Below the pieces are notes generated by a model, which saw only the letters and a program-made list of their open reading frames with translations, was not told the DNA's origin and searched no databases. From NCBI GenBank assembly GCA_963822965.1, contig CAWGJT010000009.1, forward strand, positions 128,001 to 192,000: a stretch of 64,000 nt of DNA, written 5' to 3'. Positions 19,951 through 29,495 of the stretch are shown in pieces; within the stretch, counting starts at the first letter, position 1, and the number at the start of each line of letters is the position of its first letter. The stretch comes from an uncultured delta proteobacterium (lineage in GTDB: Bacteria; Myxococcota_A; UBA9160; UBA4427). Both the position numbers and the translations under genes were made by a program.

Positions 19951-20528
19951 CACGTCGCGCTCAGCAGGCCGGCGAAGCCCATGAAGGCGAGGGAGAGGCT
20001 GGCGGCGATGATCAGCACGAGGCCCATGCCCCGGGCGACCGTGGGCACGTCCGCCAGCTCGGTCTCCTCGCGGATCGACGCCATCAGCACGAGCGCCAGG
20101 GTCAGCCCGCAGCCCGCGCCGAGCGCGAAGGCCAGGCCCTCCAGGAAGTCGTAGTCGCGGTTCGTCTGGAAGATGGCGAGCCCGAGGATCGCGCAGTTCG
20201 TCGTGATCAAGGGCAGGTAGATGCCGAGCTCGCGGAAGAGGACCGGAGAGACCTTCTTGATGACCGTCTCGACCACTTGCACGAGCGACGCGATCACGAC
20301 GATGAAGGAGATGATGCGCAGGTAGGGCGCCTTCGCCAGCACGAAGGCGTTCAGGAACGACACGGCCAGCGACGTCAGCACCAGCACGAAGATGTTGGCC
20401 GCACCCATGCGCAGCGCCGTCTCGACGCGCGCCGACACGCCCATGAAGGGACAGAGCCCGAGGAAGAGCGCCAGGGTGAAGTTGTTGATCACCATCGCGG
20501 AGAGGAAGATCCAGACGAGCTCGATCAT
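19950..20528 (-). CDS. rnfA: Rnf complex subunit A
   Basis: NNFTLALFLGLCPFMGVS, LGIYLPLITTNCAILG, LAFMGFAG. Confidence 0.95.
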   Translation of the reverse strand: MIELVWIFLSAMVINNFTLALFLGLCPFMGVSARVETALRMGAANIFVLVLTSLAVSFLNAFVLAKAPYLRIISFIVVIASLVQVVETVIKKVSPVLFRELGIYLPLITTNCAILGLAIFQTNRDYDFLEGLAFALGAGCGLTLALVLMASIREETELADVPTVARGMGLVLIIAASLSLAFMGFAGLLSAT

Positions 20529-21238
20529 TGCACCTCTCCCGGCCCGCGCCCGGGACGCCCGCCGTCGGCGAGCGCGGCGCCGGCGGCCGCGATCGCCTCC
20601 GGCCGGAGCGCCCTGCCGTCGCGCGCCTCGACGCGGCGCACCTGCCGCTCCTGCCACCATGCGAGCCCGAGCAGCAGCACGCCGAGGGTCAGAAAGCCAC
20701 CGGGCGGCAGGATCATGACGACCCACGGCTCGTAGGACGGCCCGAAGAGCGGGAAGCCGAGGAGCTTTCCACTGCCGAGCACCTCGCGCACCAAGCCCAG
20801 CATCACGAGGGCGACGGAGAACCCGACCCCGGTGCCGAACGCGTCGAGCAGCGCCCGACCGACGGAATGCTTCGACGCGAACGCCTCCTGTCGCCCGAGG
20901 ATCATGCAGTTGACGACGATCAGCGCGATGAACGCACCGAGCGCCTTGTGGATGTCGGGCACCAGCGCCTCGAGCGTGAAGTCCGCCACCGTGACGAAGG
21001 TCGCGATGATCAGGATGTAGACCGAGATGCGGATCTCGCCCGGGATGAGGCGCCGGCCGAGCGAGACGAGCAGGCTCGAGCCGCACAGCACGAAGAGCGT
21101 CGCGAGCCCCATCGCGAGGCTGTTCTCGACGTTGTTCGTGACCGCCAGCGCCGGGCACAGCCCGAGCATCTGGACGAGCACCGGGTTCTCGCGCCAGAGG
21201 CCGCGCAGGACGTCCTCCCGCGGCGTCGTCTCCCTCAC
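20525..21238 (-). CDS. rnfE: Rnf complex subunit E
   Basis: GLWRENPVLVQMLGLCPALAVT, LIVVNCMILGR, ILPPGGF. Confidence 0.95.
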   Translation of the reverse strand: MRETTPREDVLRGLWRENPVLVQMLGLCPALAVTNNVENSLAMGLATLFVLCGSSLLVSLGRRLIPGEIRISVYILIIATFVTVADFTLEALVPDIHKALGAFIALIVVNCMILGRQEAFASKHSVGRALLDAFGTGVGFSVALVMLGLVREVLGSGKLLGFPLFGPSYEPWVVMILPPGGFLTLGVLLLGLAWWQERQVRRVEARDGRALRPEAIAAAGAALADGGRPGRGPGEVQ

Positions 21239-21927
21239 CGTGCACCCTCCGCGAAGGCAGCTTCGACGGCCGGACGGACGCGCGCGAGCGAGCGGTCGAT
21301 CATCCGGACCACGGCGCGCGAGGAGATCGTGGCGCCCGAGATGGCGTCGATCTCGCCGTCCGCGCCCGTCGGCCGCTTGACGACCGTGAGCGGTGGCCGC
21401 GCGCCGGCGAACTGCGCGACGAAGGCGGGGTCCTTCTCGATCCGGTCCCCGAGCCCCGGGGTCTCCCGGCTCTCGAGCACCTTCATGCCCAGCAGCCGGC
21501 CGGTCGTCGGATCGAAGCCGTAGATCAACGTGATGACGTCCTGGAAGCCGGCCTCGGCCGCCGCGACGGCGACGCCCGTCACCCGGCCGCCGGCGTCGAA
21601 GCCCACGTGGATCGGCAACGCGTCGTCTTCCGAAGCTCCGGCGGGCGGCTCGCGCACGACGCGGCCGTCCACGACGTACTCCGTCTCGTAGCGAGCCGGG
21701 CCCTGCAACACCTCGGCGACGGCCCGGCGCAGGACCTCGGCCTTGTGGGCCGCGATCGTCTCGAACGTGGCGTCGAAGACGCCGACGATCAGCAGGCCCG
21801 CGACCGCACCCGCGGCGCCGAGGGTGACGATCAGCCGCAGCGCGGACACCGGAGTCGGTGCGCCCGCGGTCGCGCCCTGGGCGTCCGCCGGCAGCGGCGG
21901 GCCCCGCCTCGCGTCGACACCGTTCAC
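21235..21927 (-). CDS. rnfG: Rnf complex subunit G (FMN-binding)
   Basis: N-terminal TM helix, ETPGLG, DAISGATISS FMN-attachment motif. Confidence 0.92.
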   Translation of the reverse strand: MNGVDARRGPPLPADAQGATAGAPTPVSALRLIVTLGAAGAVAGLLIVGVFDATFETIAAHKAEVLRRAVAEVLQGPARYETEYVVDGRVVREPPAGASEDDALPIHVGFDAGGRVTGVAVAAAEAGFQDVITLIYGFDPTTGRLLGMKVLESRETPGLGDRIEKDPAFVAQFAGARPPLTVVKRPTGADGEIDAISGATISSRAVVRMIDRSLARVRPAVEAAFAEGAR

Positions 21928-22934
21928 GGCTCCCTCCGCAGCGCCGGCGTGCCGAACACGCGCGGCTGGGTCGCGCGGTTGATGAACGGCACGAGCGCGT
22001 TCATCAGCAGGATGGCATACATCACGCCCTCCGAGAGGCCGCCCCAGAAGCGGATCACGATCACGAGCACGCCGATCCCGGCGCCGAAGATCCAGCAGCC
22101 GCGGTGCGTGACGGGCGACGTCGCCATGTCGGTCGCCATGTACACGGCGCCGAGCATCAGGCCGCCGGAGAAGAGCGTGAAGACCGGCCCCGGATACCGG
22201 GCGGGATCGAGCCCGTGGAAGACGACCGCGAGCAGCGCGGTGGTTGCGAAGATGGCGGCCGGGATCCGCCACTCGAGGTGGCGGCGCAGTGCGAGATAGA
22301 GACCGCACACGAGGATGACCAGGCCCGCGGTCTCTCCGAGCGAGCCGCCGGTGGTTCCGAGGACCAGGTCCCAGCTCGCGGTCGGCGTGTGCTCGAACTT
22401 CAGGAGGCCGAGCGGCGTGGCACCGCTCATCGCGTCGGGGACGTGCGGACTCGCGAGCGGCAGCGCGAGGTTGTCGCCCCGCAGGCTCCACCAGCCCTGG
22501 GCGCGGACGGACCACGTCGTCAGCGCGACCGGGAACGCGGCCTGCAGAAACGCCCGGCCGAGCAGCGCCGGGTTGAAGACGTTCTGGCCGAGCCCGCCGA
22601 ACACCAGCTTGCCGAAGCCGATGCCGAACGCGCCACCGACGAAGGCCATCCAGACGGGCAAGCCGGGTGGAAGGGTGAGACCGAGCAACAGACCCGTGAT
22701 GGCCGCCGAGCCGTCGCGCAGCCGGCGGGCGCCACCGGACACGAAGAGTGCTTCGGTCGCCAGCGCTCCCGCCGTGCTCGCCGCCAGCACGAGGACGGCG
22801 CTCGGCCCGAAGAACCAGACCGCGCTCGCCACCACCGGCGCGAGGCTCGCGACGACCGACCACATGATCGCCGGCGTGGTGTCGCCGCCGCGGATGTGGG
22901 GCGACGCGCTGACGAAGCGGCCCGGCGCGCTCAT
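21924..22934 (-). CDS. rnfD: Rnf complex subunit D
   Basis: SPHIR, DGSAAITGLLLGLTLPP, FGGLGQNVFNPALLGRAFL, SGATPL, GSLGET, MATDMATSP. Confidence 0.95.
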   Translation of the reverse strand: MSAPGRFVSASPHIRGGDTTPAIMWSVVASLAPVVASAVWFFGPSAVLVLAASTAGALATEALFVSGGARRLRDGSAAITGLLLGLTLPPGLPVWMAFVGGAFGIGFGKLVFGGLGQNVFNPALLGRAFLQAAFPVALTTWSVRAQGWWSLRGDNLALPLASPHVPDAMSGATPLGLLKFEHTPTASWDLVLGTTGGSLGETAGLVILVCGLYLALRRHLEWRIPAAIFATTALLAVVFHGLDPARYPGPVFTLFSGGLMLGAVYMATDMATSPVTHRGCWIFGAGIGVLVIVIRFWGGLSEGVMYAILLMNALVPFINRATQPRVFGTPALRREP

Positions 22935-24253
22935 GCCGCCGGGCGGCGTCGCAGCGCCGCCTTCGCCATCGCGAACAGATGCGATAGCGGAATCTTCGAC
23001 GGGCACACGTACGAGCAGCAGCCGCACACCATGCAGTCCATCAGGTGGTGCTCGACCATCTCGTCGAAGCGCTCGTTCTTTGCCAGCGCGCCGAGGCGCT
23101 GCGGGTTCAGGAAGACCGGGCATGCCTCGAGGCAGTGGCCGCAGCGGATGCACGGATACACCTCCGCCGGCGGCGCCTCGGCCGTCGTCAGCACGACGAT
23201 CCCACTCGTGCCCTTCAGCACCGGCGTCTCGAGGCTCGCGACGGCGGTGCCCATCATCGGGCCGCCGAAAACGATCTCGCTGGCGTCGTCGGTGAGCCCG
23301 CCGCTCTTCGCAGCGACGTCGGCGAGCTTCGTGCCAATCGGCACGATCCAGTTGCCGGGATCGCGGACGCCCGGGCCCGTGACCGTGACGATCCGCTCGA
23401 CGAGCGGCAGCCCGGTCTCGAACACCTCGGCGATCGTCGCGACGGAGCCCGCGTTCTGCACCAGCGCCCCGACGCTCGCGGGCAGCGCCCCGCTCGGCAC
23501 CTCGCGCTCGAGCAGCGCCTCGATCAGCATCTTCTCGGCGCCCTGCGGATACTTCGCCTCGAGCGCGCGCACCTCGACGTCGAGGTCCGCCGGAGCGGCG
23601 CGGCGCATCGCTTCGAGCGCGTCGGGCTTGTTCTGCTCGATGCCGACGATCGCGCGCCGGATGCCGAGGCAGTGCAGCATGATGCGTAGGCCGAGATGGA
23701 TGCGGTCCGGGTGCTCGACCATCACGCGGTGGTCGGACGTGAGGTAGGGCTCGCACTCGCAGCCGTTCACGATGACCGTGTCGATGGGCTGGTCCACCGG
23801 CGGCGAGAGCTTGACGTGCGCCGGGAAGGCCGCGCCGCCGAGACCGACGACGCCGGCCTGCTGCACCGCCCGGACGACCTCGTCGCGCGAGAGACCGCGC
23901 CAGTCCGGCACGAGTCGCCGGCGCGGAAGCTGCGCCGCATAGCGGTCGACCGCGATGCGCACGGCCGTCTCGTGGCGGCCGTTCGGATGCGGCCACGGCC
24001 CGATCGCGACGACGCGTCCGGCCGCGGACGCGTGCACCGGCGACGAGATCCAGCCCTGCGCGGACGCGATCTCGTCGCCACGCTCGACGTGGTCGCCGAC
24101 GCGCACGAGCAGCTTCGCGGGGGCACCCGTGTGCTGCGAGAGCGGCAGCACGACCTCGTCCGGGAAGGGCAGCCGCCGGATCGGGCGCGCGGCCGTCAGC
24201 TCCTTCGCGTCGGGGGGATGGACGCCGCTCCGGAACGTCGAGAGCTCGGGCAT
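22931..24253 (-). CDS. rnfC: Rnf complex subunit C (FMN/NADH-binding, 2x[4Fe-4S])
   Basis: GVHPP, GVVGLGGAAFP, NGCECEPYLTSD, YPQGAEK, GGPMMG, CIRCGHCLEACP, CMVCGCCSYVCP. Confidence 0.96.
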   Translation of the reverse strand: MPELSTFRSGVHPPDAKELTAARPIRRLPFPDEVVLPLSQHTGAPAKLLVRVGDHVERGDEIASAQGWISSPVHASAAGRVVAIGPWPHPNGRHETAVRIAVDRYAAQLPRRRLVPDWRGLSRDEVVRAVQQAGVVGLGGAAFPAHVKLSPPVDQPIDTVIVNGCECEPYLTSDHRVMVEHPDRIHLGLRIMLHCLGIRRAIVGIEQNKPDALEAMRRAAPADLDVEVRALEAKYPQGAEKMLIEALLEREVPSGALPASVGALVQNAGSVATIAEVFETGLPLVERIVTVTGPGVRDPGNWIVPIGTKLADVAAKSGGLTDDASEIVFGGPMMGTAVASLETPVLKGTSGIVVLTTAEAPPAEVYPCIRCGHCLEACPVFLNPQRLGALAKNERFDEMVEHHLMDCMVCGCCSYVCPSKIPLSHLFAMAKAALRRRPAA

Positions 24254-24260
24254 GGCGGGC

Positions 24261-27200
24261 TCAATTGAAGCGCTCGGCGCGCTTGACGAGGTCGTCGAGG
24301 CCCTTCTCGCTCGGGTCGAGCGGAGTGCCCGGATGGATGATCCCGGCCGGGCACTTCTCCGCGGCCGTCACGAGCTCCCGGAACGTGCCCGCACGCGGAT
24401 CCTGGATGTACGCCTGCTTGTTGTCGTCGTACGCGAACATGCGCCGGTTCAGCTTGATGCAGTCGTCGCAGCTGGTACACATACTCGTGTCGATCGTCGG
24501 CTCGATCGCGAGATCCTCGGACTCGTCCACCTCGGGCTCGGCCGGCGCTTCCCCACGCTCTGCTTCCAGAGCTGCCTCTCCTGCTGCATCCGCTGCTGGA
24601 GCGGCTGCAGCGGCCGCAGAGGGAGGAGGGGGAGGAGCGGCCTCCAGAGCGGTCCTCGGCTCCGATGCGGGCGCCGGGGCCGGCGCTGCGGGCGGAGCGG
24701 TGCCGGACACGGCGGGCGGCGCGGCGGGCAGCACGCCCGCCTGCTCGAGCATCTGCCCGATCGTCAGGTCTGGGCCGGCGCGCAGCAGGCCTTCCGCGAG
24801 GCGCCGCACGACGCGCTGCGGATCGCCCGCGCCCGACTCCGCGAGCCGCGCCGCGTGCTCCGCGCGCAGCGTCTCGGCCTCGGCCGAGAGCGCGTGCTCG
24901 GCCTCGGCTCGGGCCGCTCGCCGTGCCGCGGACGACGGCACGACGCCCGCCAGCTCGCGCAGCTCGTGCCAGAAGGCCAGCCGCTCCTCGGCCAGCGCAA
25001 CGATCTCCGGCCCGATGCCGAGCCGTCCGAGCCGCCCGTCCGCATCCGTCGTGAAGAGGAAGGGCGTCCGCCCTTCCCGCTCCGCCGGCGGCAACGCGAG
25101 ATACTCGTGGAAGGGCAGGAGCTCCGCGTCGGGCGCGCCCTCCGCTTCGGCCGCCTCCGCGAGCCGATGGAAGTACCGGCGGAAGCGCTCCTCGTGCGCT
25201 GCCCAGTCCGCGGTCGTCACGGGCAAGGTGAGCTTGTCCTCCTCCCCCGTGTCGCTTCGATACACGAGGTCGTAGACCGGCCAGTCCGCCTCGAGCGCCG
25301 GGTTGCCGTCGAGGTCGAGCCGGTCCGCCAGCTCCGGCCCGCGGTCCGGGTCGTAGACGAGGTGCGGCACCGCGCGACTCTCGAGCGCGAGCCTTGCCGC
25401 GTCCGGGGCCGACGCGTCGGCGATCCCCCAGACGCGCGGGCACGGCGTGTTCAGGATGAAGATCGCCGGGCGCCGCGCGCGCAGCCCCGCGAGCACACCA
25501 CCGAGCAGATGGGCCGGCGCGGCCTGCGAGGACTGCAGCACGAACGCGTCGCGATGTGCGATCGCGAGCAGCGCGAGCTCCTTGCGCGGAGCCAGCTCGC
25601 CGGGCTGCCCGGAGGAGACCTCCACGCCCGCGGCCTGCGCGGTGAACGCGCTCGTGCACGCCTGCCCGCCCGTGCTCGACTGCGCCTGCGTGTCGAGCAC
25701 CACGACGCGGATCGGCCGGTCGCTCGCGAGCAGCCGCGACAGGCTCTGCAGGCCGGCGTCACCCATCGCGCCGTCGCCGCCCACGGCGAAGAGCGGCGGG
25801 CACAGCGCGAGCTCGTCGTCCGTGAACCCGTGCCAGTCGAGCGCCCGAAGCTCCGGCTGGTGCACATCGGGGTCGTACTCACCCGCCAGCTCGAGCCGCG
25901 CCCGGCGCACGTCGCGGAACCCGTCGGCCATCCTGCGCATGTGCCCCTCGAAGAGGCCGGTCGCGAGCGACGGTGCGTCCTGGTAGAGGTGGTGCGCCCA
26001 TGGGAAGGGATAGGGGTTGTACGGGTAGCTCGCACCCCAGACCGCGCTGCAGCCGGTGGAGTTCGCGAAGCCGGCGTGCGCGCGGCCCCGCCCGCTCGGT
26101 CCGGCCGTGTAGCGCCAGTGCTGATCGCGCAGCCGACGCGACAGGTCGAGCAGGCGTTCGAGCTCGGCCCGTCGCTCGCCGCTCACGTGCACGTCGGCAC
26201 CGCCCTCCGCGGCGCGGACGACGGCCTCGAGGTCCGCGTCCTCGGCGACGAGCGAGCGCGCCTTCGCGTCGAGGCCCGCCAGGAGCTCTTCGAGCTCCAG
26301 GACGTGCGCCTCGACGCGCGGAATCAGCAGCGCGTTCACGGCCGAGAGCACGAGGTGGACGTCGGTCTTCTCGCCGCAGCCGCGGCAGGCCACGTCACCG
26401 CCGACTGTCGACTGATAGGTCCGCTGCTTCAGGAGCAGCAGCGGCAGCGCGTCGAGCGCGCCCTCGGGATGGGCAGCCTCGACCGCACCTCCGACATAGC
26501 GGTCGTCCGTCTCGGGCAGCTCCTGCCAGAGCGCCCAGTTGCCGCGCAGCCGCTCGACCACGTCGTCCGTCTGCGGGACCGTGCGCAGCGCGTCGTCCGG
26601 ACACACCGCCACGCAGATGTCGCAGCCCTTGCAGGCCTGCGGGTCGACCGTGACGGAGAGCAGGCCGCCGGTGCCCTTCTGCCCGCGCTCGGGCAGGTCG
26701 AAGAAGCGCGCCGTGCGGGCGACCGGGAACTCGGCCAGCGCGGAGTGCACCGGCGCCCACTCGGCGTCGAGCTCCGCGCGACGCGCCGGGGTCGGAGCGA
26801 GCTTGTCGAGGACGTTCGTGTAGGCGAGCGAGAGCACCCCGCCGATTCCGTGGAAGGGCATGCCGCCGAGGATCTTGTGCGCCTCGCGAGCGACGTGCTT
26901 CGCGACGCCACTGAGCCGGTTCATCGGCCGGTCGGGGCGCTTCGCGTGCTCGATCGCCGCTTGCAGCAGCTCGTCCACCGTGCTGACGACGCCCGGGATC
27001 GCCGCGTCGGGACACTGCGTCCAGCACTTCGCGCAGCCGGTGCACTTCTCCGGCACGAACTCGGGGACGGTGACGCGAGACGATGTCAGATCGCGCAGCG
27101 CGCTGGTGGCGGCCGGCATCGCGCCGAGCGCGGTGAAGGGATCCGCGAGCGGGTCCTCGCCCGCCGCGTACACGGAGCCCACCTCCTCCCAGAAGCGGCC

Positions 27201-29495
27201 CGGATGCGCGACGCCCTCCCGAGCGCCGGCGCCGTCGAGGCGCTCGGGCAGGACGGGCGGCGCCTCCGGCTCGTCGGCGGCCTCGACCGGGACGTCCGTC
27301 GCGACGCGCTGCACCTCGCGGTAGCCCCGCACCAGCGAGTCGACCTCGTCCGTCGGCGACTGCCCGCCGCGCTCCTGCTCGAGCGCGTCGCGGATGCGTG
27401 CGAGGAGCTGCTCCTCGTCGAGGTCGGCAGCGACGGCGAGCGGCGCCGTGCGGAAGACGGTGCGGAAGGCCGCGCCGAAGAAAGCACCCAGCAGGGCCGC
27501 TGCGTGCGCGCGGGCCTGCCGCGCGCGATCCGCGGCCTCACCGGCCGCGAGGAGGCCGACCCGATACACGGCGATCTCCCGCTCGCGAAGCGCGAGCCGC
27601 GTGCGGGCGGGCAGCGCGGCGAAGACGTCCGCACCCTCGCCTTCCCCTTCGCTCCCGAGCACGAGCACGCCGCCGCGCGCGAGGCCCGCGAGCGGGTCCG
27701 CGTGGCGGAAGACGTCGGCGTCGGGACACAGCACGACGTCCACGCGCTCCTGTACGCAAGACGTGCGCACGGGCTCGCTCGCGAGCACCGCGTCGAAGGT
27801 CGCAGGCTGCCCCTGCCGCGCCGTCTCGGCGGTCGGGCCGGCCTTGACGTGCAGACCGAAGACCGCGGCCGCGGTCTTCGCAACCTCCATCCCGAGCGCG
27901 GTCGCGCCGAGAGCGCCGCGGCCGGACAGAGCGCCGCGGCCACCCAGGAAGGAGTGGACGCGCAGCGCCACGCCACCTTCCCGGGTCGGTCCCGCGTCCT
28001 CGACGCGCGGCAGCGCGAGCTCCGCCACGCCCGGGTACGCGGCCTGCACGCGCTCCTGCCAGATCTCGAGCTTCGGAAGCGCCGTGTGCGCGCGCACGAA
28101 GCCGATGCCGAGATAGAAGCGGCGCCGGCCGCCGCCCGGGGCCTGCATGTTCTCCACAGCGGCAGCGAGATCGCCCGGCGCGAGGTCGCGGCTCCCCAGG
28201 CCGAAGCAGCCGGAGTAGAGCTCGGGCACCTCGTCCGGTGCGCACGGTTCGAGCCCGGCATGGGGCAACGGAAGCTGCGCGCCGCGGCGACCCGAAGCGC
28301 GCGCGCGGTGGTTCTCGACGCCGCGAGCCAGCGCGGTGCGGATCTCGCGCAGCAGCGGCAGGTCCGCCGCAAGCGGCTGGTCCGTCCGCTCGAGCACGGT
28401 GACCGCCCTCTTGCCGCGCAGGAGGCGCGTCACGAGATCGCTCGGGAAGGGCCGGAGCATCGTCAGGTTCAGCACGCCGACGGCAATGCCGCGCATCTCC
28501 CGGAGGTGGTCCGCCATCGCCTCCGCGTGCGCGACGACGGATCCCTGACCGACGAGCACGTAGTCCGCGTCCTCGAGGCGATACCCGGAGGCGCGCGCAT
28601 GAAGCCGGCCGGTCAGCTCTGCGTACTCCGCGAACGCGCGGTCGGCCAGCCCGGCGATGTGGTCGAAGTAGAACGGACGCTGGGCCGCGACGCCCTGCGC
28701 ATGGCTCCGCGGGCCCTGCACCACGCCGAGCATCGCCGGCTGGTCGACGTCGAAGAGCTCGGGGATCCGGCGCCGCGTCTCTCCGAACACCATGCGCTGC
28801 GCCGGTGTCGGCGACTCGATCCGGTCCTCCGGATCACCGAGGTACGCCTCCACCAGCTCGCGCTCGGGCCGCCGGAACGTCTCGAGCGTGTGGCTCGTCG
28901 CGAAGCCGTCCTGCGCGCAGAGGCCGGGGGAGAGGGACAGCTCGGCGATGCGGTGCGCGACGAGCGCGAGGTCCGCAGCCGCCTGAACGTCCTTCGCGAA
29001 GAGCTGGAAGAGGCCGGTGTCGTCGACGGCGTGATAGTCGTCGTGTCCGGTGTCGACGCTCAGCGCGTGCTTCGTGATCGCCCGGCACGCGACGTGCAGC
29101 ACGCAAGTAAGGCGCTTGCCCACGGCCGCGAACAGCGACTCGTGCATGTCCGCGACGCCCTCGCCGCTCGAGAAGCCCGTCGAGCGCAGCCCGGCCAGGC
29201 TCGTCCCCGTCGTCACGCCGGCAGCGGCCTCCGCGCTCTCGGGCTCGAAGAAGAGCAGGCGCCGCCCGAAGACGTTCGTCCCGCCGGCCGCGGACGCGGC
29301 GGCGAAGCCCTCGGCCATGCGGGTCGACGGCGGGATCGGATGAGCGGCGGCCGCCTCGCTGGCCGCGGTCTCGACGCCGACGACGGCCCCGCTGCCGTCG
29401 TCGATCGCGACGACGCCGGGATGGCGCGGCCGTGCCGCCGGCCCGTCGGGCTCGCTCGGCTCACGCGCGTCGGGCCTCCGACCGAAGCGGCTCAT
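24261..29495 (-). CDS. giant pyruvate:ferredoxin oxidoreductase-like protein (~1744 aa) with C-terminal ferredoxin; active-site residues diverged
   Basis: PFOR domain order: HVACRA, QDGFATSH, CTGCAKCWTQCP, CKGCDICVAVCP, ACRGCGE, NSTGC, GGDG, PCP; Ala/Pro linker; CTSCDDC...KCP ferredoxin. Confidence 0.9.
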   Translation of the reverse strand: MSRFGRRPDAREPSEPDGPAARPRHPGVVAIDDGSGAVVGVETAASEAAAAHPIPPSTRMAEGFAAASAAGGTNVFGRRLLFFEPESAEAAAGVTTGTSLAGLRSTGFSSGEGVADMHESLFAAVGKRLTCVLHVACRAITKHALSVDTGHDDYHAVDDTGLFQLFAKDVQAAADLALVAHRIAELSLSPGLCAQDGFATSHTLETFRRPERELVEAYLGDPEDRIESPTPAQRMVFGETRRRIPELFDVDQPAMLGVVQGPRSHAQGVAAQRPFYFDHIAGLADRAFAEYAELTGRLHARASGYRLEDADYVLVGQGSVVAHAEAMADHLREMRGIAVGVLNLTMLRPFPSDLVTRLLRGKRAVTVLERTDQPLAADLPLLREIRTALARGVENHRARASGRRGAQLPLPHAGLEPCAPDEVPELYSGCFGLGSRDLAPGDLAAAVENMQAPGGGRRRFYLGIGFVRAHTALPKLEIWQERVQAAYPGVAELALPRVEDAGPTREGGVALRVHSFLGGRGALSGRGALGATALGMEVAKTAAAVFGLHVKAGPTAETARQGQPATFDAVLASEPVRTSCVQERVDVVLCPDADVFRHADPLAGLARGGVLVLGSEGEGEGADVFAALPARTRLALREREIAVYRVGLLAAGEAADRARQARAHAAALLGAFFGAAFRTVFRTAPLAVAADLDEEQLLARIRDALEQERGGQSPTDEVDSLVRGYREVQRVATDVPVEAADEPEAPPVLPERLDGAGAREGVAHPGRFWEEVGSVYAAGEDPLADPFTALGAMPAATSALRDLTSSRVTVPEFVPEKCTGCAKCWTQCPDAAIPGVVSTVDELLQAAIEHAKRPDRPMNRLSGVAKHVAREAHKILGGMPFHGIGGVLSLAYTNVLDKLAPTPARRAELDAEWAPVHSALAEFPVARTARFFDLPERGQKGTGGLLSVTVDPQACKGCDICVAVCPDDALRTVPQTDDVVERLRGNWALWQELPETDDRYVGGAVEAAHPEGALDALPLLLLKQRTYQSTVGGDVACRGCGEKTDVHLVLSAVNALLIPRVEAHVLELEELLAGLDAKARSLVAEDADLEAVVRAAEGGADVHVSGERRAELERLLDLSRRLRDQHWRYTAGPSGRGRAHAGFANSTGCSAVWGASYPYNPYPFPWAHHLYQDAPSLATGLFEGHMRRMADGFRDVRRARLELAGEYDPDVHQPELRALDWHGFTDDELALCPPLFAVGGDGAMGDAGLQSLSRLLASDRPIRVVVLDTQAQSSTGGQACTSAFTAQAAGVEVSSGQPGELAPRKELALLAIAHRDAFVLQSSQAAPAHLLGGVLAGLRARRPAIFILNTPCPRVWGIADASAPDAARLALESRAVPHLVYDPDRGPELADRLDLDGNPALEADWPVYDLVYRSDTGEEDKLTLPVTTADWAAHEERFRRYFHRLAEAAEAEGAPDAELLPFHEYLALPPAEREGRTPFLFTTDADGRLGRLGIGPEIVALAEERLAFWHELRELAGVVPSSAARRAARAEAEHALSAEAETLRAEHAARLAESGAGDPQRVVRRLAEGLLRAGPDLTIGQMLEQAGVLPAAPPAVSGTAPPAAPAPAPASEPRTALEAAPPPPPSAAAAAAPAADAAGEAALEAERGEAPAEPEVDESEDLAIEPTIDTSMCTSCDDCIKLNRRMFAYDDNKQAYIQDPRAGTFRELVTAAEKCPAGIIHPGTPLDPSEKGLDDLVKRAERFN

